DNA of 64,000 nucleotides from a virus. The translations under genes were made by a program, and so were the position numbers. The DNA lies in IMG/VR virus record IMGVR_UViG_3300046777_001575, positions 1 to 64,000 of that record; one strand, 5' to 3'. The number at the start of each line of letters is the position of its first letter. Position 1 is the first letter of the stretch. Below the pieces are notes generated by a model. The model saw nothing but the letters and a program-made list of their open reading frames with translations. It was not told the DNA's origin and made no database searches. Positions 51,639 to 59,979 of the stretch are shown one piece after another.

Positions 51639-51863
51639 TTAAAGAATATAGTTACTATACCCAATAACCTGTAAAGGAATTCCTGGAGTATTTCCCAAGC
51701 CAATAGCCTGTATTTGAAGTGCTGTAAACCTAACTCTAAATGGCAAGATCTCTTTAATTACTGATTGGCGAGTAAAGTCTTGTATTTGTATTTCTGGATA
51801 ATCAATAGGAAATATTTTTTCTGTCTTATTTTTTAAATTATCAAGGATTACTGCTGTTGCCAT
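51639..51863 (-). CDS. Hypothetical protein
   Basis: TAATG-coupled ORF. Confidence 0.5.
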   Translation of the reverse strand: MATAVILDNLKNKTEKIFPIDYPEIQIQDFTRQSVIKEILPFRVRFTALQIQAIGLGNTPGIPLQVIGYSNYIL

Positions 51864-52273
51864 TAATCTGTTACATCTTCAAGGATCTTCATGCTACCCT
51901 GGCAAACTGTCCATACTCTTGTTGGGTCTGATACTTGAATATCAAAGATGTCTCCTGTTTGAAGTTGTGCCGACTCTTCTGCCGTAAGCCAAACTGTGAA
52001 CTCTCCAACCAAATCATCTTCATCTGCCCTTGGAGTTATATTCATAACAAGCACAGCATCATCAGTAATAATTCCTGGCTTTGTGTTTGGTCTTTTAATT
52101 TTCATTGCAATATCCCACTCAGATCCCTCGCCTTTTAGAACAAGTGGTTGTTTAGCATCATCTGTTACATAAACCTTAAAACCAGAAGTATCTCCACGAA
52201 CTACAGTCCAAATAACTGTTGGTGGTTTGTTACCGATATCGTATGATGTTTGAGATCCTCTTTGAATAGCCAT
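51863..52273 (-). CDS. BppU-N-like virion adaptor protein (putative)
   Basis: WTVVRGDT...FDIQV...WTVCQG; paralog of 61991-62392. Confidence 0.5.
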   Translation of the reverse strand: MAIQRGSQTSYDIGNKPPTVIWTVVRGDTSGFKVYVTDDAKQPLVLKGEGSEWDIAMKIKRPNTKPGIITDDAVLVMNITPRADEDDLVGEFTVWLTAEESAQLQTGDIFDIQVSDPTRVWTVCQGSMKILEDVTD

Positions 52274-52285
52274 AATGTTATTATA

Positions 52286-52864
52286 TCACGACAAACCGTC
52301 TTTGAGTGCTCCCCATGTACCATTGCCTTTTGTTTGAACAACTATCATTCCACCATTTGGCTTTGTTGCTTTAATTGCAAGCACCCCTACATATCTTGCT
52401 GGACCAGTTGCTGGACGACCTGCGACTAAATTTCCAAGATTGTCTACATAAATTTTTGTTCCAGCAACAACATCGCCAAAACCTGTTGTATTCATTTGTA
52501 TAATTCCAGAAACTACCGCAATACCGTCACCGCCAGTAGCACTTGAAGGTAGCATATCTGATTGCAATAAACCAAGTATCGGAAAATCTGGGTTATGATC
52601 AGGACTTGATGGATTATATTTTTGCACAAGTGGTTTTAATTTACCATCATGAGAAGTGCTTCCAGAAATAAATACTGGAGTTCCTGCGGGTAGTGCAATA
52701 GAAGAACTTGCATTTCTTACAGGAGAAGAAACGCTTGTCATTCCTAATGGTGGCAAAATATCATTTAAAGCATCAACTAATACTTTAAAGTCTCCGTGTA
52801 CATTAACTGGATCAGATGCAATAGGATATTTCATATTAGGATAATTAGATGACTGGTTAGGCAT
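52286..52864 (-). CDS. Virion structural protein (putative capsid decoration/fibre)
   Basis: YPIASDPVNVHGDFKVLVDA N-terminal anchor; AGTPVFISG, GTKIYVD. Confidence 0.5.
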   Translation of the reverse strand: MPNQSSNYPNMKYPIASDPVNVHGDFKVLVDALNDILPPLGMTSVSSPVRNASSSIALPAGTPVFISGSTSHDGKLKPLVQKYNPSSPDHNPDFPILGLLQSDMLPSSATGGDGIAVVSGIIQMNTTGFGDVVAGTKIYVDNLGNLVAGRPATGPARYVGVLAIKATKPNGGMIVVQTKGNGTWGALKDGLS

Positions 52865-52890
52865 AATCTTTATTATACCACCCTATAAAG

Positions 52891-52920
52891 TTGACTTTTG
52901 GCCAAAATTTGTGTTATACT
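52891..52920 (+). promoter_or_regulatory. Sigma70-type promoter
   Basis: TTGACT-18 bp-TATACT with extended TG, upstream of the + strand lytic transglycosylase gene. Confidence 0.75.
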
Positions 52921-52967
52921 TGGTAGTAACACCTACCAAGGTGTTATTGTTTTCTAAGGAGGAAACT

Positions 52968-53531
52968 ATGATTAAATTTATCGAAAGAAACAAAGAGATC
53001 ATTAGCACACTCAGTATCGTGGTATTAGTTAGTGTTTTTTCAAATTCTGCTAATGCTTCTGTAGATCTTGATACTAAAAACAATCTTAGCCTGGAACAGG
53101 CTCAGACTGAAAAGACTACCTCGAAAGAGGTTTTTTTGGTTTCTAAGGCCAAAAAGTTGGAGAGTTTTGAAAACAAGACATCTCTTACAGACCTAGAACT
53201 AAAAGAACTGCTTTCTCTGGTTGGCTTCAAGGGTAGAGACCTTGTTGTTGCCTGGGCAGTAGCAAAAAAGGAGTCTAATGGTAGACCATTGGCATTCAAT
53301 GGAAACCACAAGACTGGAGATTCATCCTACGGGATGTTTCAAATTAATATGATAGACAACCTTGGTCCTGACCGTAGAACCAAGTTTGATCTTGATTCAA
53401 ATGCTGAGTTATTTAACCCCGTGAAGAATGCAGAGATTGCATACTACATGACAAACGGTGGAGAAGACTGGTCTTCTTGGAAGGGTATAACCCCTAAGAC
53501 CAAGTACTGGATGACTAAATTTCCTAATTAG
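52968..53531 (+). CDS. Secreted/anchored lysozyme-like lytic transglycosylase
   Basis: GGAGG RBS then MIKF; N-terminal signal/TM; AVAKKESNG (catalytic Glu), SYGMFQIN, NAEIA, WSSW. Confidence 0.8.
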   Translation: MIKFIERNKEIISTLSIVVLVSVFSNSANASVDLDTKNNLSLEQAQTEKTTSKEVFLVSKAKKLESFENKTSLTDLELKELLSLVGFKGRDLVVAWAVAKKESNGRPLAFNGNHKTGDSSYGMFQINMIDNLGPDRRTKFDLDSNAELFNPVKNAEIAYYMTNGGEDWSSWKGITPKTKYWMTKFPN

Positions 53532-53540
53532 TATATAAAA

Positions 53541-53578
53541 ATAAATTACCCCCTAGAGAAATCTGGGGGGTTTATTTA
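53541..53578. terminator. Bidirectional terminator between convergent genes
   Basis: AAATTA-CCCCCTAGA-GAAA-TCTGGGGGG-TTTATTT. Confidence 0.8.
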
Positions 53579-54528
53579 TCTCTTCTTGGTGGCATTCCAT
53601 ATCCACGATTTTCTATAACAACATGAGAAGAATAGTTAGGAATAAAAGTTAAATATTTTTTAGAAAGTCCAGTAAGTTCACAAAACTGCTGGACTTTTTC
53701 TTTTGGTATATCTAGCATACCTGACATTAATAAGGACAGCCTATCTGTTGATTCTTGCACATGGCTCCAATAAACTTCTTTTCTATCATCTGCCCATGGA
53801 CGTAATGTTTCTCTTGTAACGGTTCCATTTGGCTGCTTATGAGACTCATGGTGAAAAACATCTCTAGTTCCTATTGAATATATTTCCCAATTTGCTGCAA
53901 AAGTTCTTAATGATAAACAGATTTCCTCGGTATTAAAAGATTCTTTTTTTGATATTCCAACCTCGTCAACCCATTTTTTGGGAGCAAAAAGATAACAACA
54001 GGTTGCCCAATATGACCTTACTATTTCATTATTTTTTAAAACACTATACCCTGGAAAACTAAAACCAGGAATAAACTCATTATAGTGGGAGGCATATTTT
54101 GAAAAAGTATCAACACCAAAATCAACTGAATTATCCGACATAAGTTCATAATTTGCTGGAGCATAAGCAATTATAATATTTTTACCTAAAGAGTTTATTT
54201 CTTTATATCTAGTACAAGCCAAATCATCCCATCCAAAAGACGCATAGGTATGAGAATCAAACTGTATAAAAAAATCATACTCCAGGTCAATCTGTATTGC
54301 TAAATTTCTAGCCCAACCAAGTCCACCTCTATATTTAGAAATATCATAATGCAAATACCTAATTTGATTTGAAGGTATAAAAGAAAAATCAAAAGTTTCA
54401 GAATCTTCAGAAACTAAAGAGAAAAACAATCTATCTTTATATTTGGCCTCCTGCCACAGTGATTTGATTGTTGTATAAAATTCTGGATCACAATAATTAA
54501 CAACACTAATTAATATTTTTTCGTTCAT
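53572..54528 (-). CDS. GT60-like glycosyltransferase (Skp1-hydroxyproline GlcNAc-transferase-like)
   Basis: ILISVVNYCDPE..TTIKSL...A....RLFF, RGGLGWARNLA, FFIQFDSH...GWD, EE..LSLRTFAANWEIY, FH match the Gnt1/PF11397-type pattern. Confidence 0.8.
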   Translation of the reverse strand: MNEKILISVVNYCDPEFYTTIKSLWQEAKYKDRLFFSLVSEDSETFDFSFIPSNQIRYLHYDISKYRGGLGWARNLAIQIDLEYDFFIQFDSHTYASFGWDDLACTRYKEINSLGKNIIIAYAPANYELMSDNSVDFGVDTFSKYASHYNEFIPGFSFPGYSVLKNNEIVRSYWATCCYLFAPKKWVDEVGISKKESFNTEEICLSLRTFAANWEIYSIGTRDVFHHESHKQPNGTVTRETLRPWADDRKEVYWSHVQESTDRLSLLMSGMLDIPKEKVQQFCELTGLSKKYLTFIPNYSSHVVIENRGYGMPPRRDK

Positions 54529-55064
54529 TTTTTCTTTCTTATGTGTGTCTCTAGATATTCTGGTCCCTCAACAAAATACCAATGATCTGGTTCTGCAAAA
54601 TGAAAAAAAACCATAGCAACATTATTGTTGCTTGGATTTGGAAAATCTTCTCTCCAGTGTTCTTGATCATTTCCATAATAAGCCAACGCTTGATTTGGCT
54701 TTAAAGAATATGGAACGCCCTCAACAAAAAGGGGCCAGATTTCTTTTTGATATACACATAAGTCTAAAGTATATGTGCAAGCGTTATCATCCTTGTGTCT
54801 ATACAGACTAGCATCTGGGCCTTCATAGTGTGCAAACAACGAGTATGTTGGTAATAAGTTTTCGCTTTTAAAAATTTTTCTAGCAATAGGAACCAGTTTA
54901 ATTGATATTTCTTTTAAAATTGGCAAAGATTTTTCAGAAGCAATATACCTAGAAAACCCATTCTGATATTCAAGACTTTTTGGATCAGGAATAGAACTTA
55001 TTAAATTATCGTAATCTATTTGATTTAAAACATTCTCTATGAGAATAGGATTTTGAATATTCAT
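54525..55064 (-). CDS. 2OG-Fe(II) oxygenase-like protein
   Basis: LYRHKDDNAC...WPLFVE...YYGNDQEHWRE...VFFHF. Confidence 0.75.
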   Translation of the reverse strand: MNIQNPILIENVLNQIDYDNLISSIPDPKSLEYQNGFSRYIASEKSLPILKEISIKLVPIARKIFKSENLLPTYSLFAHYEGPDASLYRHKDDNACTYTLDLCVYQKEIWPLFVEGVPYSLKPNQALAYYGNDQEHWREDFPNPSNNNVAMVFFHFAEPDHWYFVEGPEYLETHIRKKK

Positions 55065-55645
55065 TTAATCCAACTTGCTACAGCATATCTTGTTCCATCA
55101 GTAACTTCTGAAACTGAATGATTATATACATATGTTGATGGGAAAATTATCATTTCATTTGCTTTTGGTTTATATGATATCTCAAATCTTGGAAAGTTTA
55201 TTTCTCCACCAGTATAATTATCGTTTAAATAGTAAACACTAGAAAGTCTTCTATGGTATTGTGGATGATCATCTATATGATTTGTAAAATATTGACCCTT
55301 TCCATATTTTAGAAGTTGATAATTGTCGTGATCAGAAAAATAAACTCCGTAACTAGCCATATATTCTTTTTCTGCAACAACCAAAGTGTTATAAAATAGG
55401 TTAGCAATATTTTTCTGAAATGCATCTACAAGTGTTGAATACTCTTCATCTATACCATTAATAAACGGAACAGATATAGAACTTGTGTTTCTTACTTTTG
55501 TATCTACCCCGCCAATAACTGTTGCAGAAAACCACTCAATACCAGAAGATGTCATTCCTTCTTCTATATCGTTCACTAAATTTTCATGACCATCAATTAG
55601 ATCAGAATAAACAACTATGCCTGGAGCAATTTCTTTTTTTACCAT
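55061..55645 (-). CDS. Prolyl 4-hydroxylase-like 2OG-Fe(II) oxygenase
   Basis: QLLKYGKGQYFTNHID, RRLSSVYYLNDNYTGGEINF, IIFPS, HSVSEVTDGTRYAVASW. Confidence 0.85.
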   Translation of the reverse strand: MVKKEIAPGIVVYSDLIDGHENLVNDIEEGMTSSGIEWFSATVIGGVDTKVRNTSSISVPFINGIDEEYSTLVDAFQKNIANLFYNTLVVAEKEYMASYGVYFSDHDNYQLLKYGKGQYFTNHIDDHPQYHRRLSSVYYLNDNYTGGEINFPRFEISYKPKANEMIIFPSTYVYNHSVSEVTDGTRYAVASWIK

Positions 55646-55885
55646 TTACCATTTCCCTATCGGACAAAAAGCCTTTTCAAGTTTTGTTTTTGCTTTCATA
55701 AAACAACCACACTTTTTACATTGTGTTGTTAGTTTTATTAACTCTGGGCAACTTTTGCAAAGACTATATCTTTCTGCTGCTTTTTCTTCACTTGCCCATT
55801 CAGTGTTTGGATTAACAAGATCCCAGGGACGAACCTGTCTCTGTTCATTGTTTTGTTTACTTTTATACTCTTCCCATTTATTCAT
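55646..55885 (-). CDS. Small Cys-rich protein (CxxC..CxxCGC..C)
   Basis: RYSLCKSCPEL...QCKKCGCFMKAKTKL...CPIGKW. Confidence 0.7.
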   Translation of the reverse strand: MNKWEEYKSKQNNEQRQVRPWDLVNPNTEWASEEKAAERYSLCKSCPELIKLTTQCKKCGCFMKAKTKLEKAFCPIGKW

Positions 55886-56271
55886 TCGTATTGCCCTGGT
55901 AGTTTAAATGTATCATCTAAGAACTTCCATCCTACTGTAACAATTCTTCCATACTCATGACCATCGTCAACATTGATAGCCTTTGCATCTGAAAGCAAGA
56001 TAGAGTATAACATTTCATCACATAAAATTGTTTCTACAACTTCATTGTTTTTAATAATATTTACTGTATATGAACCAGTTTGTTCGTCAATGCTATTTTC
56101 TGTAAAACTATCTGCAGAATAAAGCATTGCTCCAATATTAGAATCAACAACATCAATATGAACAACTTCATCACCAACAACATATGCTATAGCCATTCCT
56201 GCAATATTGTTTGCTAATTTATTTTGTTTGTCTTCTGCTGTTACCCATTTAACATCCTTATAATTAATCAC
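55882..56271 (-). CDS. Hypothetical protein, first gene of the tailoring operon
   Basis: GTG start with AAGGAG RBS; ATGA-coupled to the next gene. Confidence 0.6.
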   Translation of the reverse strand: MINYKDVKWVTAEDKQNKLANNIAGMAIAYVVGDEVVHIDVVDSNIGAMLYSADSFTENSIDEQTGSYTVNIIKNNEVVETILCDEMLYSILLSDAKAINVDDGHEYGRIVTVGWKFLDDTFKLPGQYE

Positions 56272-56297
56272 AAATATCTCCTTATTTCTCTAATAAT

Positions 56298-56326
56298 ATT
56301 CTATCATAAAAAGACTCTACTGTCAA
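56298..56326 (-). promoter_or_regulatory. Near-consensus sigma70-type promoter for the oxygenase/GT operon
   Basis: Minus strand TTGACA-17 bp-TAGAAT with TG extension. Confidence 0.8.
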
Positions 56327-56328
56327 AA

Positions 56329-59300
56329 CTAGCACGAGGATAGGCTTCCAAGCGGATCACATGCTCCTGGATACATGCAGTATGGAGAAGGAAGGTTGGC
56401 GTAGTCAGACTGGCTACATGTACGATTTGAACTTGCTGGTGGAGTTGGGGTAGGAGCAGGTGGTGTTGGTGTAGGAGCATAATCTCCCTGACAAATATTT
56501 GGACATGATCCTGGAGTTATACACCATGTTCCATTGCCATAGGTTCCACATGCACCACCATAACTTACGCAAGTATTGCAGTCAGCAGTTGGTGTTGGAG
56601 CAGTTGGTGTTGGTGCAGTTGGTGTTGGAGAACAGTTTGTAGACTGGCAAGCAGGGAAGTCCCCAGTTGTGTATATACATTGACGTGAGTAGCCAGTACC
56701 AGAACCAGAATTATCATATCCTGGAGTTGTATATGAACAGTTTCCTGTTCCACCGCACTGATAACTTTCAGTACACTTCCACTGTGCAGTTACTGCAGTT
56801 GGTGTTGGAGCAGTTGGTGTTGGTGTTGTAGGAACACAACCATTAGTTTGATCTATATTTGGACAAGAACCTGGAGTTACACATGTTCTATAATATTCTG
56901 AACCAGAAGGGCATCCAGAATTTGGTCTTGTTGCATATGATCCATCAGCATATGGAGAATAAGTATTACATGTGTTACAGTCAACTGTTGGAGTTGGGGC
57001 AGTTGGAGTTGGGGCAGTTGGAGTTGGGGTAGATCCACACAAAGACTGAGCATTGGCCAATGCAGTTTGATAATTTGTGGTTACTCCTGATTCAGTACAT
57101 CCTGTTGCACTTTGATATTCTGCTCTAGCAGTATTGCTATTTGGACCATCAATTACTTCTGGGAGACCATTACAGCATCCATAAGCATAATAGAATGTTT
57201 GAGTTGGTGTTGGGGCAGTTGGGGTTGGGGCAGTTGGGGTTGGTGTTTGAGAATATTGATATACAGTTATTCCAGCATTAAGACCACAAATATCTGTTGT
57301 TCCTCCAGCAGGACTCTGAGAAGCAACAGTTCCATTATTTTGTTGAGTTGCACCAACTGTTGTATAATCTAAGTATTCAAATAACCATCCAGAAGCAACA
57401 ATTGCATTTCCTGCAGCAGATTCTGTCATTCCTACAACATTAGGTAATGTACAATTTGCAGGTGGTGTTGGGGTAGGAGCAGGTGGTGTTGGTGTTGGAG
57501 CAGGTGGTGTTGGGGTAGGTGTAGAAGAACATCCTGTTGGTGCAGGTCTTGCAGATACTATTGAGCAATCAATCTTTGTCGCTCCTATTCCACTAAGCAA
57601 GTTTGTGTATACTGAACAAGCCTCATTTATATTTGTTGTCAAAACATTGTTTGCATCAACTGTGTATGATTCTGAATATGGCTGACCGTCAAGGCAATAT
57701 GCAAGATAAACTGTTCCAGGGTTTACAACTGGAACTGATGGGCATCCGCCACCATATCCAAGAAGAGCAACTATTTGCTCACTAGTTAACGATGGATTTG
57801 TTGTTGTTCCAACAACTACAGTTGAACTTGCTGTCGCTGTTCCATATGCTCCACCTCGGCTACCAACGATTACTGGATCGCAATAAGTATAAATGTTATA
57901 TGTTCCTGGGGTTGGTGTTGGTGTTGGGGCTGGATCATTTATACAAGAAACACCCAAACTGGTATACAATGGAGAAGATGCTGTTCCCTGTACACATGTA
58001 AAGTTAGTTGCTCCATTTTGACTTAAACTATTTCCAATTCCAGTACATGCTTCATTTACTGATGTATATCCACCATAAGATATGTCCATACCAGAGTATC
58101 CGTTTATGTATCCACTGCTATCACAATATGCATAGGTTATGTAGATTGGTCCTGATGTTGGTGTTGGTGTTGGTGCTGGAGTTGGTGTTGGGGAAGCACC
58201 AGGAGTTGCAGCAAATGTTATTGATCCTGTAGAACTTTGATATCCAGCACGGGATGCAGTTATATATACTGTATAAGATTGGTTTGGTGTTAGACCGCTA
58301 ATATTAAATTCTTCTGGAAATTCTTGATTCTGTGTTCCTAAAGAAGAAGAATAAGAGTTACTATAGTCGTGATTGGTTATAGTAACATTTGCATAAACGG
58401 AACTAGGATAAACATTCCATCCTGTTGTATATGTAAGTGTTGGCGTTGGAAGCGTTGGCAATGTTGGTGTAGGTGTAGGGGCAGGTGGTGTAGGTGTAGG
58501 GGCAGGTGGTGTAGGTGTAGGGGCAGGTGGTGTAGGTGTAGGGGCAGGTGGTGTTGGTGTAGGGGCAGGTGGTGTAGGTGTAGGGGCAGGTGGTGTTGGT
58601 GTAGGAGCAGTTGGTGTAGGAGCAGTCGGTGTTGGTGTTGGGCTTACTATGTTAAGTAAATTTCCAAAAAAAAACCATGTATCTGAGCCTATCTTTGAAA
58701 GAGTTCCTTTTGAGTACTGACCATCCAAAGAACGAACATTTGATTTGCTATTAAGAAATACCGAAGAATCTTCTTCAGTAATTGTCGTAAGTGCTGTACC
58801 TATTTGAATTATGTCAACAGAATAACCTACAGGAATTTGTACTGAAGAATTTTTTGGAAGAGTTAGAGTGTTTGGAGTAGAAGTAGATAGAAGAATAGTT
58901 TTTCCAATATCTTCTGCAGAGAGTGTAAAACTTTCTGTTTTTGTTATTACTGTTCCAGTGTTTGCAAGTGCTGGATCCAAGTCAAATCTTAAATCTACAG
59001 AATTCCAATCAATACCATTTCCAGCAAGATCTGAGTATGCTGATGTTGCTCCATTAATACCATTAGTAACTGCTGTATCAACATATGCTTTTGTTGCTAG
59101 ATTTGCAGTGTTAGCAATACCATGAACATCTGTAGTCTTTGCGCTATGTGTTGCATCTGCATCTACAAGATTTTGAAGGTGTTTTGCAATAGATGGGTTT
59201 ACTAGGTTTGCAGGATTTACATTTGCGCCATCATAGGCATATGATCCATAGTGATAAAGCCGTAGGGCTGCCTGAATATCTGCAGCATCTGAAAGACCAG

Positions 59301-59361
59301 GCACTTTGGTAGGGAAAAGCCCAGTGCCATTGACGGTATTATCAATATTTTCTGCTGCCAC
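56329..59361 (-). CDS. Pro/Thr-rich, Cys-rich fibre-like virion protein with PASTA domain (1010 aa)
   Basis: Fibre anchor shared with 47244-48941; PTPTPPA linkers; FN3-like domain; PASTA (LPNVVGMTESAA...GTVASQSPAGG); many Cys modules. Confidence 0.8.
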   Translation of the reverse strand: MAAENIDNTVNGTGLFPTKVPGLSDAADIQAALRLYHYGSYAYDGANVNPANLVNPSIAKHLQNLVDADATHSAKTTDVHGIANTANLATKAYVDTAVTNGINGATSAYSDLAGNGIDWNSVDLRFDLDPALANTGTVITKTESFTLSAEDIGKTILLSTSTPNTLTLPKNSSVQIPVGYSVDIIQIGTALTTITEEDSSVFLNSKSNVRSLDGQYSKGTLSKIGSDTWFFFGNLLNIVSPTPTPTAPTPTAPTPTPPAPTPTPPAPTPTPPAPTPTPPAPTPTPPAPTPTPPAPTPTPTLPTLPTPTLTYTTGWNVYPSSVYANVTITNHDYSNSYSSSLGTQNQEFPEEFNISGLTPNQSYTVYITASRAGYQSSTGSITFAATPGASPTPTPAPTPTPTSGPIYITYAYCDSSGYINGYSGMDISYGGYTSVNEACTGIGNSLSQNGATNFTCVQGTASSPLYTSLGVSCINDPAPTPTPTPGTYNIYTYCDPVIVGSRGGAYGTATASSTVVVGTTTNPSLTSEQIVALLGYGGGCPSVPVVNPGTVYLAYCLDGQPYSESYTVDANNVLTTNINEACSVYTNLLSGIGATKIDCSIVSARPAPTGCSSTPTPTPPAPTPTPPAPTPTPPANCTLPNVVGMTESAAGNAIVASGWLFEYLDYTTVGATQQNNGTVASQSPAGGTTDICGLNAGITVYQYSQTPTPTAPTPTAPTPTQTFYYAYGCCNGLPEVIDGPNSNTARAEYQSATGCTESGVTTNYQTALANAQSLCGSTPTPTAPTPTAPTPTVDCNTCNTYSPYADGSYATRPNSGCPSGSEYYRTCVTPGSCPNIDQTNGCVPTTPTPTAPTPTAVTAQWKCTESYQCGGTGNCSYTTPGYDNSGSGTGYSRQCIYTTGDFPACQSTNCSPTPTAPTPTAPTPTADCNTCVSYGGACGTYGNGTWCITPGSCPNICQGDYAPTPTPPAPTPTPPASSNRTCSQSDYANLPSPYCMYPGACDPLGSLSSC
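58441..58642 (-). repeat. (PTPTPPA)n tract with 21-bp tandem units
   Basis: Tandem ggtgtaggtgtaggggcaggt units on the + strand. Confidence 0.95.
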
Positions 59362-59380
59362 TATAGATCACCCTGTTTCA

Positions 59381-59977
59381 TTATACCACCGTAATAAAGA
59401 GATGAACATATTTTGGACCAGACATTGCGACCCATTCTCCATCTAGATATTCTACACCCTCTATTTCAAGTGGTAGGGCAATAAATCCCTGAGTTGTATC
59501 TACTTCTTTTATAATTAAGTTTGTTGCTAACGGTCCAGCAGTTTCTGGTGATGAGATACTGTATTGAACGCTAAATCTTGACGAACTAATAGTTCCTTCT
59601 GCTAAATCATATATGCTTGCAAGGTTTATTGGAGCAATTGTTAGTTTACCATTTACTGGAGTTAAAGGACCTTTGGTTTCAGAATAAAAGTTTGTTTTTA
59701 AACTAAGCATTGGTGTCCACTGTGATCCAGTTGCTGTTGCTACTCTTTGAAAAACAGTCTTATATGTTGGTGAAGATGGACTATAGTCAATTGCAATATC
59801 TAATGGCTGAATGTCTTGTACTATTACCTTATGAACATTTATATCTTGTGGATTTCCAAGTGATCCAACAATGATACTTCCACGGTCACCTGTTGGACCA
59901 AAATCTAAATCCAAACTAATTGTTTCTGGTCCACCAAAAACAGTTAAGTCATCATTTGATAATAGTATGTCTGCCAA
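59381..59977 (-). CDS. Virion structural protein (putative)
   Basis: GPTGDRGS collagen-like remnant; located in the fibre block. Confidence 0.5.
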   Translation of the reverse strand: MADILLSNDDLTVFGGPETISLDLDFGPTGDRGSIIVGSLGNPQDINVHKVIVQDIQPLDIAIDYSPSSPTYKTVFQRVATATGSQWTPMLSLKTNFYSETKGPLTPVNGKLTIAPINLASIYDLAEGTISSSRFSVQYSISSPETAGPLATNLIIKEVDTTQGFIALPLEIEGVEYLDGEWVAMSGPKYVHLFITVV

Positions 59978-59979
59978 TG

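Noticed and set aside
58441-58642. Tandem repeats (also 46453-46632 and 18900-19102) as CRISPR arrays or non-coding VNTRs
   Set aside because: There are no unique spacers. Units are multiples of 3, in frame within long ORFs, and vary synonymously.
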